Shown here: positions 1 through 12,755 of the stretch, one piece after another | Numbering within the stretch: position 1 is the stretch's first letter | Layout of the letters: each line of letters starts with the position of its first letter | Origin: Ginglymostoma cirratum | Lineage: Eukaryota | NCBI GenBank assembly: GCA_024137785.1 | Contig: JAHRHZ010000013.1 | Coordinates: 46,003,234-46,067,233 of the forward strand | Length of the DNA stretch: 64,000 nucleotides | Direction: 5' to 3' | Notes under the pieces: model-generated | What the model saw: the letters and a program-made list of their open reading frames with translations, nothing else | Told to the model about the DNA's origin: nothing | Database searches by the model: none | Made by a program: the position numbers and the translations under genes

Positions 1-20
1 CATTCAACACATTACTTGAA

Positions 21-1430
21 ACATAATGTCAGCAGTGTAAAGCTGAGATTGTGTTGTTTTCAGAAAGTTACGAGAGGTAGCTACTGTTTACAGTGAGCAC
101 AAAGAGTACAAATCTGCAATTTAGAAATGACGAAAGGGTCCGAATGACTGCAAATTTTCCATTCTTTGCTGTGGAAATGTAAGGAGATATGAACTAGCAT
201 TGGAGCTTGTTTCAGTCTTAGTGACAAAACTATGAAATAACTCAGGAATTATATAAAAATCTTGAATAAATAAGAGTTGTATCCCTACTATAAGTGCAGG
301 AAAGAATGCTACAATCTGTTTTGTACGTTAGATCTCACTGAGAAACAGAGAAACCAGACAGAAGAAATGTTACAGGTTTTGAATACTTACTTTGAACCCC
401 AAATTAGCATTACTTTGAATGATAAATGTTCTATGTCAGAGGTAGGTGGAGACAATTAATAAGTATGGTGTGATGCTAATACATCTAGCTGAATCCTGAC
501 AGTTTGGACAAATGAAAGATGGTCTTAGAGATAAGATTGTCTTAGGCATAAGGGATCTTGCTGTGAGAACACATCTGCTGAGAAAGGAGAACCATTCTCT
601 CAAGAAAGCTGTTCAGATGTGCAAAAGCTCTGGAGGTTGTCAATCATTAACTGTAACACATTCATGGGAGAACAAATTATGATTTTCCATGCTGAATAAG
701 AACAATATACAAAATACACAAAAGAAATAAAAATTTGTCCAGTATGGTAACAGCAGCATCTACCTGCAAAGAGCTGAATCACTTTGCATACATGTCTTTA
801 TCTAGAGAGAAACAAAGGAAGCCTGCAACATTAGAGGCTGGAGAAATGTCTTCCAATTAGTCTGACAAATAATTTTGCATAACACAAAGATTTACAACAT
901 GGTTTTTGACTATTAGAAGGATAATTGTGGAAAGAGATCATTAAGGGCAAGTTGTGAAGTACCAGATAAACAATGATGCTTTGTACAACTTCACAAGCTT
1001 CACACCTATGTGCAGTAACTGATGACAGTTTCCCAAAAATGAAGCCTTTGAAGACAAGGTTGAGGCTATGAGATGGAATGATTCATCTCCTATTTGGGCA
1101 AATTATTCTTAGATCCCAATGCAACAAGAAGTAGGCATTAAGCAAAATCATTTATTTCAGCTGAAGCAAAAGCACAAAGGAATAACACTTCCAGAGATGG
1201 AGCATCACCTCAAGAAAAGCCAGATCCCCAATGAGTATCCAACTACAGCATGATCTGAAGAGTACATATATATGTAGAGAGACTGATAAAAGTGAGACTG
1301 GCTAGAATGAACTGACAGTTTTGCTTAAGAATGAGAATTTTCTTTGTTGACCAAGAATATTGAGTAAATTGGATAAATTGTGGCTGCAAATGATAACGTA
1401 TGCAATTTTTCCTATTGAAGGGGTTGTTTA
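21..1430 (+). mobile_element. Decayed, internally deleted Ty3/Gypsy LTR retrotransposon (gag plus protease remnant)
   Basis: Broken frames give KECYNLFCTLDLTEKQRNQTEEMLQVLNTYFEPQ (~300-400), HLAES*QFGQMKDGLRDKIVLGIRDLAVRTHLLRKENHSLKKAVQMCKSS (482-630) and a degenerate Zn-knuckle CP...TCKELNHFAYM (~736-795), typical of Gypsy gag. A degenerate LTR-end/PBS ACATAATGTCAGCAGTG at 21-38 resembles ACATGGTGTCAGAAGTG. Purine run GAAGGGG at ~1417. Right boundary approximate. Confidence 0.7.
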
Positions 1431-2929
1431 GAGAATTCTAGTTGTGCGTAGTATAATAGCTGGCTTATCATAGCTGTGTAACCACTACCTCTGCTGTAAC
1501 TTGTTTTTGCTTTAATTTGTGATTGCTGATGGTTATTCCAAAAATCTACACTTAGTGATTAAAATACATACACATCTTCCTAAAACCAACTAAATACTTA
1601 TCCTGCCCATATAGAGTGGCTGATAGTGCAGGACACCCTCCCAACCCAAAAGGTTCTGGAGGGTAGCCTTCCATGTACACAAGATACCCAAACAGCTCCC
1701 CAATAACTCCCATTCAATGCCTGAGCCTCTATTGAATTGCCATGGGCTAATTAGCTCATTTGTAAGCTTTCTTGCTGCAATGAATTGCATAAGATCCTGC
1801 CCTTGGACTTTGTGTTAGTCTGGTCTATGACCTACTCTTTACCAACTGAATTGAACTTCTCATGTCTTGGGCAAAAAGCCACCACATAAAATCAAAATAA
1901 AACAAGCTTTGTCTTGTAAAAGGATATTACAAGAATTTTCAAGAAATAGTGGTGTAGGTTTAATGCAGTCTGTCGAGGCAGGAAACAGAATGGCTGGACC
2001 CAGTTAAGGGTAGAAGAAGCTTTGCCTCATTCTGCTTGGGACAGGAAATGTCCCACCATTAAGTTAGAGGCTGGAGGGACCCAAAGGAAGAATCATACCA
2101 GCTCATGTCTGGATTTCAATTAGGCTCCTTATTGAGCCAATAGTCTCTATGGCGCTGGAAAATGGCAACTTTGTGCACTTTTCATGGTGCCCCTGTACTT
2201 CTGCACTAGAGTACATGTCATGATGAAACCTAATTCTAATTCTAATTATCTCTCTACCCATTGAAATTTGGTGGTGGACCAAATGCAATTAAATGGAAGT
2301 TGGATGGCTTCCCCATGTCTCCTGAAGACTATTAAACAAACTTGTTGTGTCTTCCTGCAGCTTCCTAGGGGAGGTCCTGCTTTTAAAGGTATTTGGTACA
2401 CAACCCAAGGAGGATCATGGCATTGGGAAGGGGAATAGTTGACGATAGCCACACAGCATATCATTGCCTCTGACCTTCTGGCCCCCACCACCACTCCATG
2501 ATATCCCCTTCCTGAATCCTGCCATTCCACTTACCCTCACCTCATTACAGTGATTCCACAATGATGTCTGGTGAAGAGCCTAGTGCACCACCAGCAGCAG
2601 CCAGAGCTCCTGGTGATACTGCAGTGGAGGAGTCCTGGTCTCTGGTTGTCCAACTTCTCTTAAGGTCTGTGGCCGGCCAGTTAAGGCACTTAACACGGTC
2701 ACTGTCTTCTTCCAGATGTGCTACATATTTCCTGTTGGTTCTCCAAGCATGGATTGGATTTGTATCAGTTTCTTTAAATTGGATATCTGAAAGTTAAATT
2801 TCTAGTCTGTATATAATCCCTAATTCGGAGAAAAATTATCGCTCATTTGTTACAGCTGGTCCCTATTAGTATCTAAAATGAATCAAAGATTAGCTTTATG
2901 CCTTTCTGTCACGTCCATAATTCCTGTCA

Positions 2930-3875
2930 TTCTGTTGGCAGCACTCTCACCTTGAAGCAGAATGTTTTGGGGTTGGGTCTCACTAAATTTGATGACAACA
3001 ATCAAGATGACCCATTAGTGTAGTACTGAGGAAACGTGGCACTGCAGGAGGTGCCATCAGTCTTCTTCAGACAGCTGAGGAAATTCGCATGTCCATGAGG
3101 ATCCTCACCAACTTTGAAAGCATACTGTCTGGGTGCATAATGGTCTGGTATGGCAACTGCTCTGCCCAGAACCCTAAGGAACTACAGAAAGTGGTGTGTC
3201 CAGCCCAGACCATCACAGAAGCCAACCTTCCATCCATGGACTCTATTTACATGGCTCACTGTGGCAGAAAGGCTTCCAACATCATCAATGAACGATCACA
3301 CCCCAGTAATGATCTCCTACAACCTCTTTCATCAGGCAGAAGATACAGAAACCTGAACACATGCACAAGCAGGTTTAGGAACAGTTTCTTCCTGGCCGTT
3401 ATTAGACTGTTGAATGGACTCTCCAGCCTCAAATTATGATTGATCTTGCTAACGTTGATCTCGCCCAGCGCATGGTCTGTGCAATGTAACCTGTACCTCT
3501 CTCTAAGTCATTTTGATCTGTACATCCTTGCTTACTATGATCTGTCTGTACTGCTCGTAAACAAAGCTTTTCACTGTACTTTAGTACATGTGACAATCAA
3601 TCAATCAATCAATCATTCGGATGAAATATTAACTAAGGCCAGGCTGTCCTCTCAGGTAGATGTGAATGATCCCATGACACTATTTCAAAGAAGAGGAGGG
3701 GAATTATCCTGGCACATCTGACGATACTTATCCTTCAATCAACATCACAAAAAAACAGACTATCTGGCCATTGCCATACTGAAAATAGGCTGCTTCATTT
3801 CCTACATTACAATAACCACGTTTCAAAAATACTACAAATTATATAAAGGACTATGAAGTGCTTTGGGACATCCTG
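2930..3875 (+). mobile_element. Deu-domain SINE (SacSINE1/AmnSINE1-like), interrupted by a LINE
   Basis: GCACTGCAGGAGGTGCCATC (~3039-3058) resumes as TTCGGATGAAATATTAACTAAGGCC...GATCCCATGACACTATTTCAAAGAAGAG (3616-3695). This matches the recalled DeuSINE core GGAGGTGCCGTCTTTCGGATGAGACGTTAAACCGAGG...GATCCCATGGCAC. Confidence 0.75.
3060..3615 (+). mobile_element. Rex1/Babar-type LINE, 5'-truncated 3' end
   Basis: ORF 3089-3439 reads ESILSGCIMVWYGNCSAQ...LPSMDSIY...SHP...LSSGRRYR...TSRFRNSFF, the characteristic C-terminus of Rex1/Babar RT ORFs. It is followed by a 3' UTR and a (TCAA)n tail at 3595-3615. Confidence 0.8.
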
Positions 3876-4061
3876 TGGTGGTGTGTCAAAACATGGAAGT
3901 CAGCTAGTCTTTTTCTCGTATGCACCAAATATCTGTGTTATTAACTGTATTGTTTGGAGGTTCATTTGTTACTTTAGCAGAGCTTGAGACAACATCAAGA
4001 TTGTTTTCTGTTAAACAATTAGCACTAATTTCTTGAATAATTACTGATGTTTTTGGTCTAG

Positions 4062-4237
4062 ATTTTTGATGCAACATTCTTGACTCCAGTCCAGGGAAAC
4101 TGTGAGACATTTCTTAACAACAGCATACAATTACAAATTGCAAATAGGCAGGCATCACAAGCAATTGAACATGCAGCAAGGAACTACCAATGCAGTTGTG
4201 AATTGACTCCATTGATGACAGAGCAACTATATGAAAG
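4062..4237 (+). CDS. ABCA13: ABCA13-like transporter, window exon 1 (ECD1)
   Basis: Acceptor ttttggtctAG, donor AG|gtaact; 176 nt. IFDATFLTPVQGNCETFLNNSIQLQIANRQASQAIEHAARNYQCSCELTPLMTEQLYE. Phase-2 end joins the next exon. Not in the ORF track. Confidence 0.75.
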
Positions 4238-4299
4238 GTAACTTTCACATCTAACATCGTCTCTCGAATATTTACAATTTTGTTCAATCATAAAATGCA

Positions 4300-4570
4300 T
4301 CATTATTCTTACTTCTAGGCCCAACTATCTGTAGCTGTTTCATCAATATCCTTGCCTCCATCATAAGGTCAGAGGTGGGGATATTGGCTGCTGATAACAC
4401 AATATTCAGCAATTCCTGAAATACTGAAGCAGTCTGTGTCCAAAGGCAGGAAGACCTGGACAATATCCAGGCTTGAGCTGATAAATGGCGAGTAACACTT
4501 GCGCCCCATGAATGCCAGGCAATCCCCAACAAGAGAGAATCAAATATCACCCTTGATGGAGTTTGAGACG
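4300..4570 (+). mobile_element. CR1/L2-group LINE RT fragment
   Basis: LGPTICSCFINILASIIRSEVGILAADN, a decayed xADD RT motif region. Same family as 6840-8590. Confidence 0.7.
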
Positions 4571-4907
4571 TTTGCACCTACAAGCCACATTCTGTGATAC
4601 AGAGACATAAGCCTGTCTCTTAAAGGTACACTGCATGCTCACTGAGACATAACACAACACTTCCGGTCCTAGCCACATGATCCCAGCCTCTTAAGCTCCT
4701 GCTCTCATCCCCTGGCCCACTGCTTCTGGTTATCAGTGACTCCCAGCACTTATTAACCTGACTCGCTACCATCCAACCACATGTTGCTTCTGCCTCACAT
4801 TTGTTACTAATAGGCTCACTTTTCCATGATTGGCTAACCCTGTGTGTGAATTTTTGCGTGTGATTTTCAGATTTTGGGGATCTATTCACCTGTCACGCCT
4901 GAGTATA

Positions 4908-5165
4908 CGGCAGCACGGTGGCCCAATGGTTAGCACTGCTGCCTCACAGCACCAGGGACCCAGGGTTGATTCTACCTTTGGGCAACTGTCTGTGTGGAGT
5001 TTTCACAGTCTCCCCACGTCTGCATGGGTTTCTGCTGGGTGCTCCAGTTTCCTCTCACAGTCCAAAGATGTGCAGGTTGGGTGGATTTGCCATGCTAAGT
5101 TGCCCGGTCGTGTCCAGGGATGTGTAGGGATTGACATGGCATAGGTAGAATCTGGTGGAGCAGTT
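4908..5165 (+). mobile_element. HE1-type V-SINE (tRNA-derived), 3'-truncated
   Basis: Head GGCAGCACGGTGGCCCAATGGTTAGCACTGCTGCCTCACAG and V-domain GTGTGGAGTTT...GGGTTTC...CCAGTTTCCTCTCACAGTCCAAAGATGTGCAGGTT. Closely similar to copies at 52038 and 56235. Confidence 0.85.
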
Positions 5166-5800
5166 TCAGAAGATAAGATGTTCAATTTTAAAAAATCTGC
5201 AGCAGTGCAGTCTTTTGTTTCTCGTGAACATTCAAAGTTTGAAGAGGGTCACTTCGGATGGGCAGAGTTAGTGACGTGCTCAATGGACCACTTGAACAGA
5301 CCCCCCCTAATAATCATGAGTCACCTGGATGCCTCAGTGTGTTTCCCTCTCCGTGGTCAATTTACAAAGATAGCAACATTGCTTCTGAATGCATAGGTTG
5401 CTTTCCAGCCAGATCTCAACAAGGCAGGGGGCTGGAATACATCATGTACTGGATGGTATAGCCTATTGACTGAGGCAGGAAGGGATACCAGCTTGGCTCC
5501 AAAAGTTCAGGAGCAGGGAGCATTCAAGCGTGAAAAGTGCATGTCCAAATTTAATGCAGGAAAAACAAGCATCATACCCGGAAGAGTCTAACTGAGGTCT
5601 ATGACTTGAGGGTAACTGTTCGATCCTTAAGGATGATAGAAGAATGCAGAGGATAATGGATGGCAGGTCAAAGGTTAAAATGGTTTGGGACAACAATGTA
5701 GTGAGTTAGAACCTCACAGAACACTTAGTGGAACAATGTATCGCAGAACAATTTTTTGTGTTGACTGCAATTTAGTATTTTTAAAAATTTTGTTTTCTAG

Positions 5801-5877
5801 GTTTGAATTTTCTGCAATAACACTTTATCCAAATAGTACCTTTGCAACTCTACTTGAGAACATTGGAGCATTTAAAG
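5801..5877 (+). CDS. ABCA13: ABCA13-like, window exon 2
   Basis: tgttttctAG acceptor, AAG|gtaata donor; 77 nt. (R)FEFSAITLYPNSTFATLLENIGAFK. Phases 2/1 fit both neighbours; the other two frames have stops. Confidence 0.75.
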
Positions 5878-6569
5878 GTAATATTTCCATAACCTTAATT
5901 TGAACAGTTACTTTGAAAGGATGAGTTTAGAAACTTTGTATTGAACAATGGCTTGGGCTTTGCACAGTAGCAGTAAGGCTAACAGAGATCACTGTTAGAA
6001 TGCAGTGTTTGGTTGTTTAGAGAGAACCTCGTTGCCGTTTGTTCTCTAACAGACCCCACAAGAGCCTGTAGAGGGTGTGACATTTGATCAACTATGGGTT
6101 AGAGCAAGGTTAGGTTCAAAAGCCTTTCAAAACCTTGTCAATGAGGTGAATGGTAAGTGTTGTTCATTTGTGGCTGACTGGAAAATTCAGGCCAGAATGA
6201 TTTGATTTTGTTGTGTAAAAGTGAATCCATGATAACATGCTTCAGGACAATGCTGTAACTGTGATGAAAAGCATTGGCTCAGTTGACAGGGGAGTATTCA
6301 AACATGTTGAAAGCCAATGGAAATTAATGATAGCAGTTTTACGATAATTATTTTGGGTGATTATTGAACTGTTTCATAATGTAATCATGGGCAATTTATG
6401 AATAAAGAATACTTTGGCAAAATGATTAGGTGGTTCATGAAAATATGCTCTTAATGCTTGAATATTAACATAGAAAATTATGTATATTTTTGTCCCAATG
6501 ACTAAGTCTCTTTTTAACACTTTCATGGGATACTGGCATTGCTGGGAAGGCCAGAATTCGTTATCAAAG

Positions 6570-8590
6570 ATGGAACAGCCACATACGAACTGCACCATCT
6601 ATGAGTTCTCCTCTGAGTAACTCGCCATCTTGATTTGGAAAGTTATTGCCGTTCTTTCACTGTTTCTGGGTCAAAATCCTAGAACTCCCTCCCTTATAGC
6701 ATTGTGGATCAAACTGTATCAAATGGTCTGCTAAGGTTCAAGAAGGCAGCTCACCACCTTCACAAGAGCATGTTAGGGCAGACAGTAAATACTGACCCAG
6801 CCAATGACATTCACATTCTGTTAACGAATAACTGAAATCTAGCTGACAATGTGAAACACTTGCCTGGTATATCCTTTCCGTAAAAATGCAGAACAAATTC
6901 AACCCAGCCGATTACTGCCCCATCAGTACACTGTCAATCATCAGTAAAGTATTGGAAAGTGTTAGTAATCATGCTGATGAATGGTACTGACCCAACAGTA
7001 ACCTGCTCACAGACACTCAAATTGGATTTTGCCAGACACTGTTCAACCCCTAACATCATTACAGCTTTGGCCAAAACATGGACAAAAGGGCTAAATATAA
7101 GAGAAGAGATGAGAATAATTGCCTTTGACATCAGCTCACATTTAACAGAATGTGGAATCTAGAAAATCTAGCAAAACTGGAATCAATTGAGATCAGAAGG
7201 AAAATTCTCCGCATGTTGGAGTTGTACTTAACACAAAGGAAACTGATGTGTTTGTTGAAAATCAATCATCTCAGCCCCGGGACTTCTGTGCAGGAATTTC
7301 TCAGGGTAGTGTCCTACATCTAACTGATCTTCCACTGCTTAATCGATGACTTTCATAAGACCTAAGAAATCAGAACAGAAGTAGCTATTTGGCACCTCGT
7401 GCCTTCTCTGCCATTCATTAGGATCATGGCTGATCCAACATTCTTCATATCCACTTTCCTGCATTTGTGTCATAACCCTCAATTTCGTTTACTGATCAAG
7501 AATGTATCTATCTTAGCCTTAAATATGCACAAAGACTCTGCCTCACAGCTCTCTATGGCAAGGAGTTCCAAAGACTCTCATCCCTCATTGGCACCCCTTT
7601 ATTCTGACACTATGCCCTGTGGTCCCAGACTCTCCCATGAGAGGAAACACCATCTTAGTATTTACCCTGTCAAGCTGCTTAAGAATCCTATATATTTCAA
7701 TGAGATTACCTCTCATTCTTCTAAACTTACTAAGTATAGTCTTTGATCATAAGACAACACCTCCCTACCAGGAATCATCCTAGTGAACCTACCTTGTACT
7801 GCCTTTAATGAAATGATATCTTGCCTTAAATAAGCGGACCAATGATGGCATAATGTTTAGAGACATTTGTGATTCCTCAGGTTCTCATGCAAATGCTGCA
7901 AGGTATTGTCAGCATTCAAGCGAAGGCTCATTAATGTCAGATATGATTCATCTAACAAACAAAGACCATCTCCAACAAGTGAGAATGTAACCATCACCTC
8001 TTGACCTTCAATGGCATCACAATCCATGATTTCCCCACTATCATCATATTGGAGATTGCTATTAACCAAAAATTGAGCTAGGGCCACCAAAAATTACAGT
8101 GACTGCAAGAGTGGGACAGAGCCTAGGAATTTTTCAATGAGTAGCTCCCCTCTGAACACTCAAATCCTGCCCGCATCTACAAGGCACAAATCAGGAGTGT
8201 GATTGAATGCTCTCCTCTTACCTAGATCAGTGTAGCTCCAACAACACTCAAGAAGTTTGACACTGTCCAGGACCAAGCAGGGTGCTTGATTGGCATTCTA
8301 TCACTTTCAACATTGACTTCTCTACCAAGTCACAGTGTGCATCATCTACAAATGCAATGCAACAGCTCGCTGATGCTCTTCTGACAGCATTTTCCCATGA
8401 TCTGTATCATCTAGAAGGACAAAACGGCAGATACACAGGAACACCATAACCTGAGAGTTCCTTTCAGACCCAAATACTATCTTGACTGGAAACTATATTG
8501 CCGTTTGCCAACACTTCATCAATGCAGATTCGAGATGGGCAATAAATGCTGGCCTAGCCAGTGATGCCTGTATCTTGTGAATGAATAACA
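6570..8590 (+). mobile_element. CR1/L2-group LINE RT region and 3' end, decayed, with an extra 3' tail upstream
   Basis: NPADYCPISTLSIISKV (~6900, NYRPISL motif), RIIAFDI, ISQGSVL, then a 3' tail ending ATGAATAA. Many stops and frameshifts. Confidence 0.75.
7353..7845 (-). mobile_element. CR1 (HER1-like) LINE 3' end nested in the older LINE
   Basis: Begins CATAAGACCTAAGAAATCAGAACAGAAGTAG...GATCATGGCTGATC, the reverse complement of a CR1 3' tail. The host RT sequence resumes after ~7850. Confidence 0.7.
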
Positions 8591-9324
8591 AATAAATATA
8601 CCTTTAAATAGTTAACCATAATAGAAGAACACATACTTATAAATATTAAATCCCAGTTAACGAGTGGAAGTTTTTAATGCCTATACTTGGTATTTAAGAG
8701 ATTAGAACGGTCATTTATATTGTGATTTCATTGAATTTATAGGGGTAGTTAAATGGCACAGTGCCTCTGAGCCAAAATCTCTGATGCAAATCCCAATTCA
8801 GAACTTGCTGGCCAAAGATAGCGCATTCATAAGGCCAAAGTGTATCAATCCGTTAATCCTTCCAGCAGAAGCCAATGGCAGATTGTAAGAGTGGGAGGGA
8901 TTCCTGGTCTGCCGTGTGGTGATCCATGCAATGGGAAGACATAGAAGATTGATAGTTCGAGGCTATAAAATGCCTGACGAAATGTATGTTGCCATGGTAA
9001 TTCATCTCTTTGGGCAATTGTCTGGTTTAGTTGGCTGGATGATCAGTGTAGATCACATTGAGGCTTACAGCATGTGGTGTGATCCCAATTCCAGCTGGAA
9101 TGGATTAAGGACTTGTCTCCTTGCTGTACCCATTGTGAAGGTTGTGTCACTGTTTGTTAATCTTCCTTCGAGCAGGAATCTGAAGACCAATTGAACTTAG
9201 AATGAATGTGATTCTAGTTCCATCCCACAGCATCATTTTACTGTATGTCTATTATTTACATGACTTATGCAATATTTAATCTTGTATAAGGCTAATTCAT
9301 TTTGCATTCGATTGATTTTAATAG

Positions 9325-9446
9325 GTTTACCATTTGAGAACTGTGTGCAAAACATCACAACTTTAAAAATGCAGTTGGAGCAAAGCAATGGCTTCTCATC
9401 TGAAGCCATTGATGTGTTAGTGAAGGCAAACCTGACTGTCTCGCAG
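9325..9446 (+). CDS. ABCA13: ABCA13-like, window exon 3
   Basis: ttttaatAG / CAG|gtaact; 122 nt. (G)LPFENCVQNITTLKMQLEQSNGFSSEAIDVLVKANLTVSQ resembles mammalian ABCA13 MKNITKL...ETIHSILEANISHS (recalled). Confidence 0.85.
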
Positions 9447-10906
9447 GTAACTTTAAGAGTTGCTAGATTGGATTCATCTGCTTTTTTCAAACCTGAAGTA
9501 ACTGGTTAAGGTAGTTTGGGCATCAGTTCCAACAAAATAAGAAGAAAATCCTTTCATCTTTCTAAATAATATATGCTGCAAAATTACATTGAATTAACCT
9601 ATACACATAAAGCATGAATTACTCCACAAAGCACTAGTGCGTAAATATTACCTTAGTTTCTTCTCTGGAAAACTTTAAAAGTAGCATTGATGCCATTGTT
9701 CAAATAGTATGTAAGTGTTACTATCACAATGAGGAATTTCTGGTCCAATGCATGTAAAGTTTAACAAATCGCAAGAGTCATTTGAGATTTAGCAATTTGT
9801 ACAAATCCTCATTATGTTTTATTTTCATATGGAAGCTCAGACAACCTGAATCAAATGTTTGAAGGTAGAGCTCAGCAATTTCAGACTGCTTTCTTGTATC
9901 ATATTAGAACTTTGCAACATCAGTTGGATTTTATAAACGTGATGGGGTTTCACCCACAGGTTGGAAAACCTGTGTTTGCTTCATTTTAAATTGTGAGGCA
10001 ATCCGGTACTTGTATAGTATTGGCTCTCCCATTTGATTAAGCCCCCAGTATCCTGCTTCCAATCGGAGTCTGGATACTTTCCAGTCCCAGCAATGGTACC
10101 AGTAGATGTGGTCGCTGCCTGTACCTCTGCCCTGTAGGTAGCATTAATGATGGATCCCAAATGGAGGAGAGTGTTGGCAGGATGGTGATCACAAAGAGGC
10201 GGTCATTAGTGACGGTGATGGAGAGGATTGAAAGCAAGGTTTAGATTTCAACAGGGTCCTTTTGAGTCCAGTGGCCCTTCTTCAGAACCCTTCAGTTCTG
10301 TTAACACAATATTCACTTCACAGATAACTCTGAGGTGTTTCTGTTTCAAACACAAACTTAGAGTGACACGCAGTTCACGAGGTAGTGACAATGAGCTTTT
10401 GAATAAAACATGATGAGAATCCAGATTGTTTTTTCGATAAAAGTAAAATAAGAATTCCTTTAAACTGTGCTAAAACTAGATCTTTCTGCTGACTCATTGC
10501 TAAAATTAACACTTTATCCCTACTGATTGCTAAGTTACCTGAAAAAAGGTAAAAAATCAACTGAGAATTTAGAATTTAGGCTCAATATTACCTTAAAATT
10601 ACAGATTCAACTGTAGGTCTCAGATTAAATAATGAAAGACCCTGGTGATAGTTGACTGTCCAGGTTTTCATCAAGTTTTGAGAATGGAGATTATATTGTG
10701 CAAATCTGCAACATTTCCTGGTGCTTTTCAATTTGTGTTAACTAAAATATTTTAACAGTCCTTATGTTGCAAAGTGTATAATTCTAATTTCATGACACAT
10801 TGAGAATGATAAAGGTGCTGTGTTGTTAACATAATTTTGTTTTGTATTTCTCAGTTATATTATCATTAATGTCAAATACAAGGCTGAAACATGTTTCTCT
10901 TTACAG

Positions 10907-11095
10907 TTAATTAGTGGCCTTATTATCACAGCAGACAGGTGTGATGAGGAGAGTCTGGCTCTAATGCTGTCAATTTCAGACAATGCAAACATTTCATCTC
11001 TGACTGCTGAACTGTGTGCTTTGACTCCTTTGCAAAGTTATAGTCTTATTTTGAAAATCAGCCAGCACATGGATTTTAGATGCTTCACTTATAAG
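10907..11095 (+). CDS. ABCA13: ABCA13-like, window exon 4
   Basis: ctttacAG / AAG|gtaaag; 189 nt. LISGLIITADRCDEESLALMLSISDNANISSLTAELCALTPLQSYSLILKISQHMDFRCFTYK, with the CD...ELC...YSLI...YK pattern of ABCA13. Confidence 0.88.
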
Positions 11096-11419
11096 GTAAA
11101 GCAAAAAACATTTCACATGAATATTTTCCTTTATGTTTTAGTGTTCTTTCAGTCACTCAGTCTCTACTCCACCACCTCTGCGCAGGAATCATGAGCTAGC
11201 TCAATTTCTTGTTGATTCTTTATACAGTAAAAAGCTTTGGACGCCTTTTCCCTGACTGGCCTGATAGAAGCAGGGGTTGGGGTTTGGCTGGGGGGACAGA
11301 CGGAGCAAGGGAAGTTAGGAAGTCATTACCCAAATTGTTGCCCTGCAATGCACCTCATATCTTTTTGATTTGGAAGCCTACATTTCCCCCTCTAATTAAT
11401 TTAAAGTTCTCTCTACATC

Positions 11420-12300
11420 TCTAGTTATTCGATTTTCCAGGACATACTGGTCCTAGCGCGTTTCAAATGAAGCCTTCTACCCTTGTACAGGAGGCAGTGC
11501 CTCATGTACTGAAGCCATTTCCACCCATAACAATTTTTAAGCCATGCATTTAACTCCTTGAATTTATTTGCACTTTGCCAATCTGCCCCTGGCTCAGGAG
11601 GTAAGGTACTAATCCTGAACTTATTGTCTTGCATGTTGACTCTTAACTGTTCAAATACTTTCAGCAGAACCTCATTCTAGTCCTATCAATGTTGTACCAA
11701 AATGGGCATCAATTGCATCCTTCCCGTTCCTCTTCACTCCAAGGGAGATGCCTTCAACCCTGGCAGAGGACAAGCAACACAGCCTTTGGATCTCCACCTC
11801 ATGGTTGCAGAGAACAGTGTCTAAGCCTGTATCTATACTGTCCCCAATCATGACTATATTACTTTTGTGACCCATACTTGAATAGCTCCCTGTACCAAGG
11901 TGCTGTGATCAATTCACTCATCCTCCCTGCAATTCCCAGTCTAATTCATACAGTTTGCAAGAACCCTGTAACTTTTGGATAGTTGCAGGCTTCTCAAATG
12001 CTACTCCCTGGTTCCCCATAACTTCCCTACTTGCAGTCACACCCACCCATCCCTGATCTTAGGTTAAATTTGAATTACCTCATCTGAACGTTGTAACTAC
12101 CTTCTGCAGCAAAGTGTCCAGGTAACTTTCTCTATCACTGATGTGGTGCAACATCTGCAATTCGGATTCCAGCTCCTCAAGTTAGATACCAAAGCTCCTT
12201 GAGCTACAAACACTTAGTTCGGGTGTGTTTGCCTTGGATCAGCTTGGTATGCAGCAGCTCCCTTTATTTTGGCAGTAACACATCATCCATTCTGCTGTCA
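11420..12300 (-). mobile_element. CR1 LINE ORF1 (SGNH/GDSL esterase-type) remnant
   Basis: VMIGDSIDTGLDTVLCNHEVEIQRLCCLSSARV (GDS...CLPGA motif) and LNAWLKNC...LHLKRART in track ORFs 11672-11875 and 11425-11634. Confidence 0.75.
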
Positions 12301-12596
12301 CGATCACATTTTATGTAATTTATTATTTAATTACTCTAGAATCCTTGCTCTTTACACTTATGTTTTTATTTTTTAAAAATTGTGGTTTCAATGTTATATT
12401 TTGCATGCTGTTTAATATATTTTATTACTTATATCTTATATAATATTTGTAATAGATCTATTCATGACTATAATAGGTTATGAGAGGGAACCCCAATTCT
12501 GCTGCGTATTGATTAAAATGTGTATGTCTGCATTTGTTAGTCTGCTGCATTATGTCACATGGAATATGAATGACTCAAATTATATCCTATGTGCCA

Positions 12597-12755
12597 GAGA
12601 TAAAAGGTACTGCAGATGCTGGAGAATCTGAGATAACAAGGTGTGGGGCTGGATGAACACAGCAGGCCAAGCAGCATCATAAGAGCAGGAAAGCTTGATG
12701 TTTTGGGAAGGGTCTAGGCCTGAAACGTCAAGCTTTCCTGCTCCTATGATGCTGC
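12597..12755. mobile_element. Short palindromic Penelope-type (pLTR-derived) insertion with 15-bp TSD
   Basis: Flanked by a perfect direct repeat ATATCCTATGTGCCA (12582-12596, 12756-12770). Internal 37-bp inverted repeat. Partial hammerhead core GAAGGGTCTAGGCCTGAAACGTC at 12707-12729. Confidence 0.8.

Noticed and set aside
4830-5185. ORFs overlapping HE1 SINEs (also 52034-52333 and 56115-56435) that look like a small paralogous protein family
   Set aside because: The similarity comes from the non-coding SINE V-domain.
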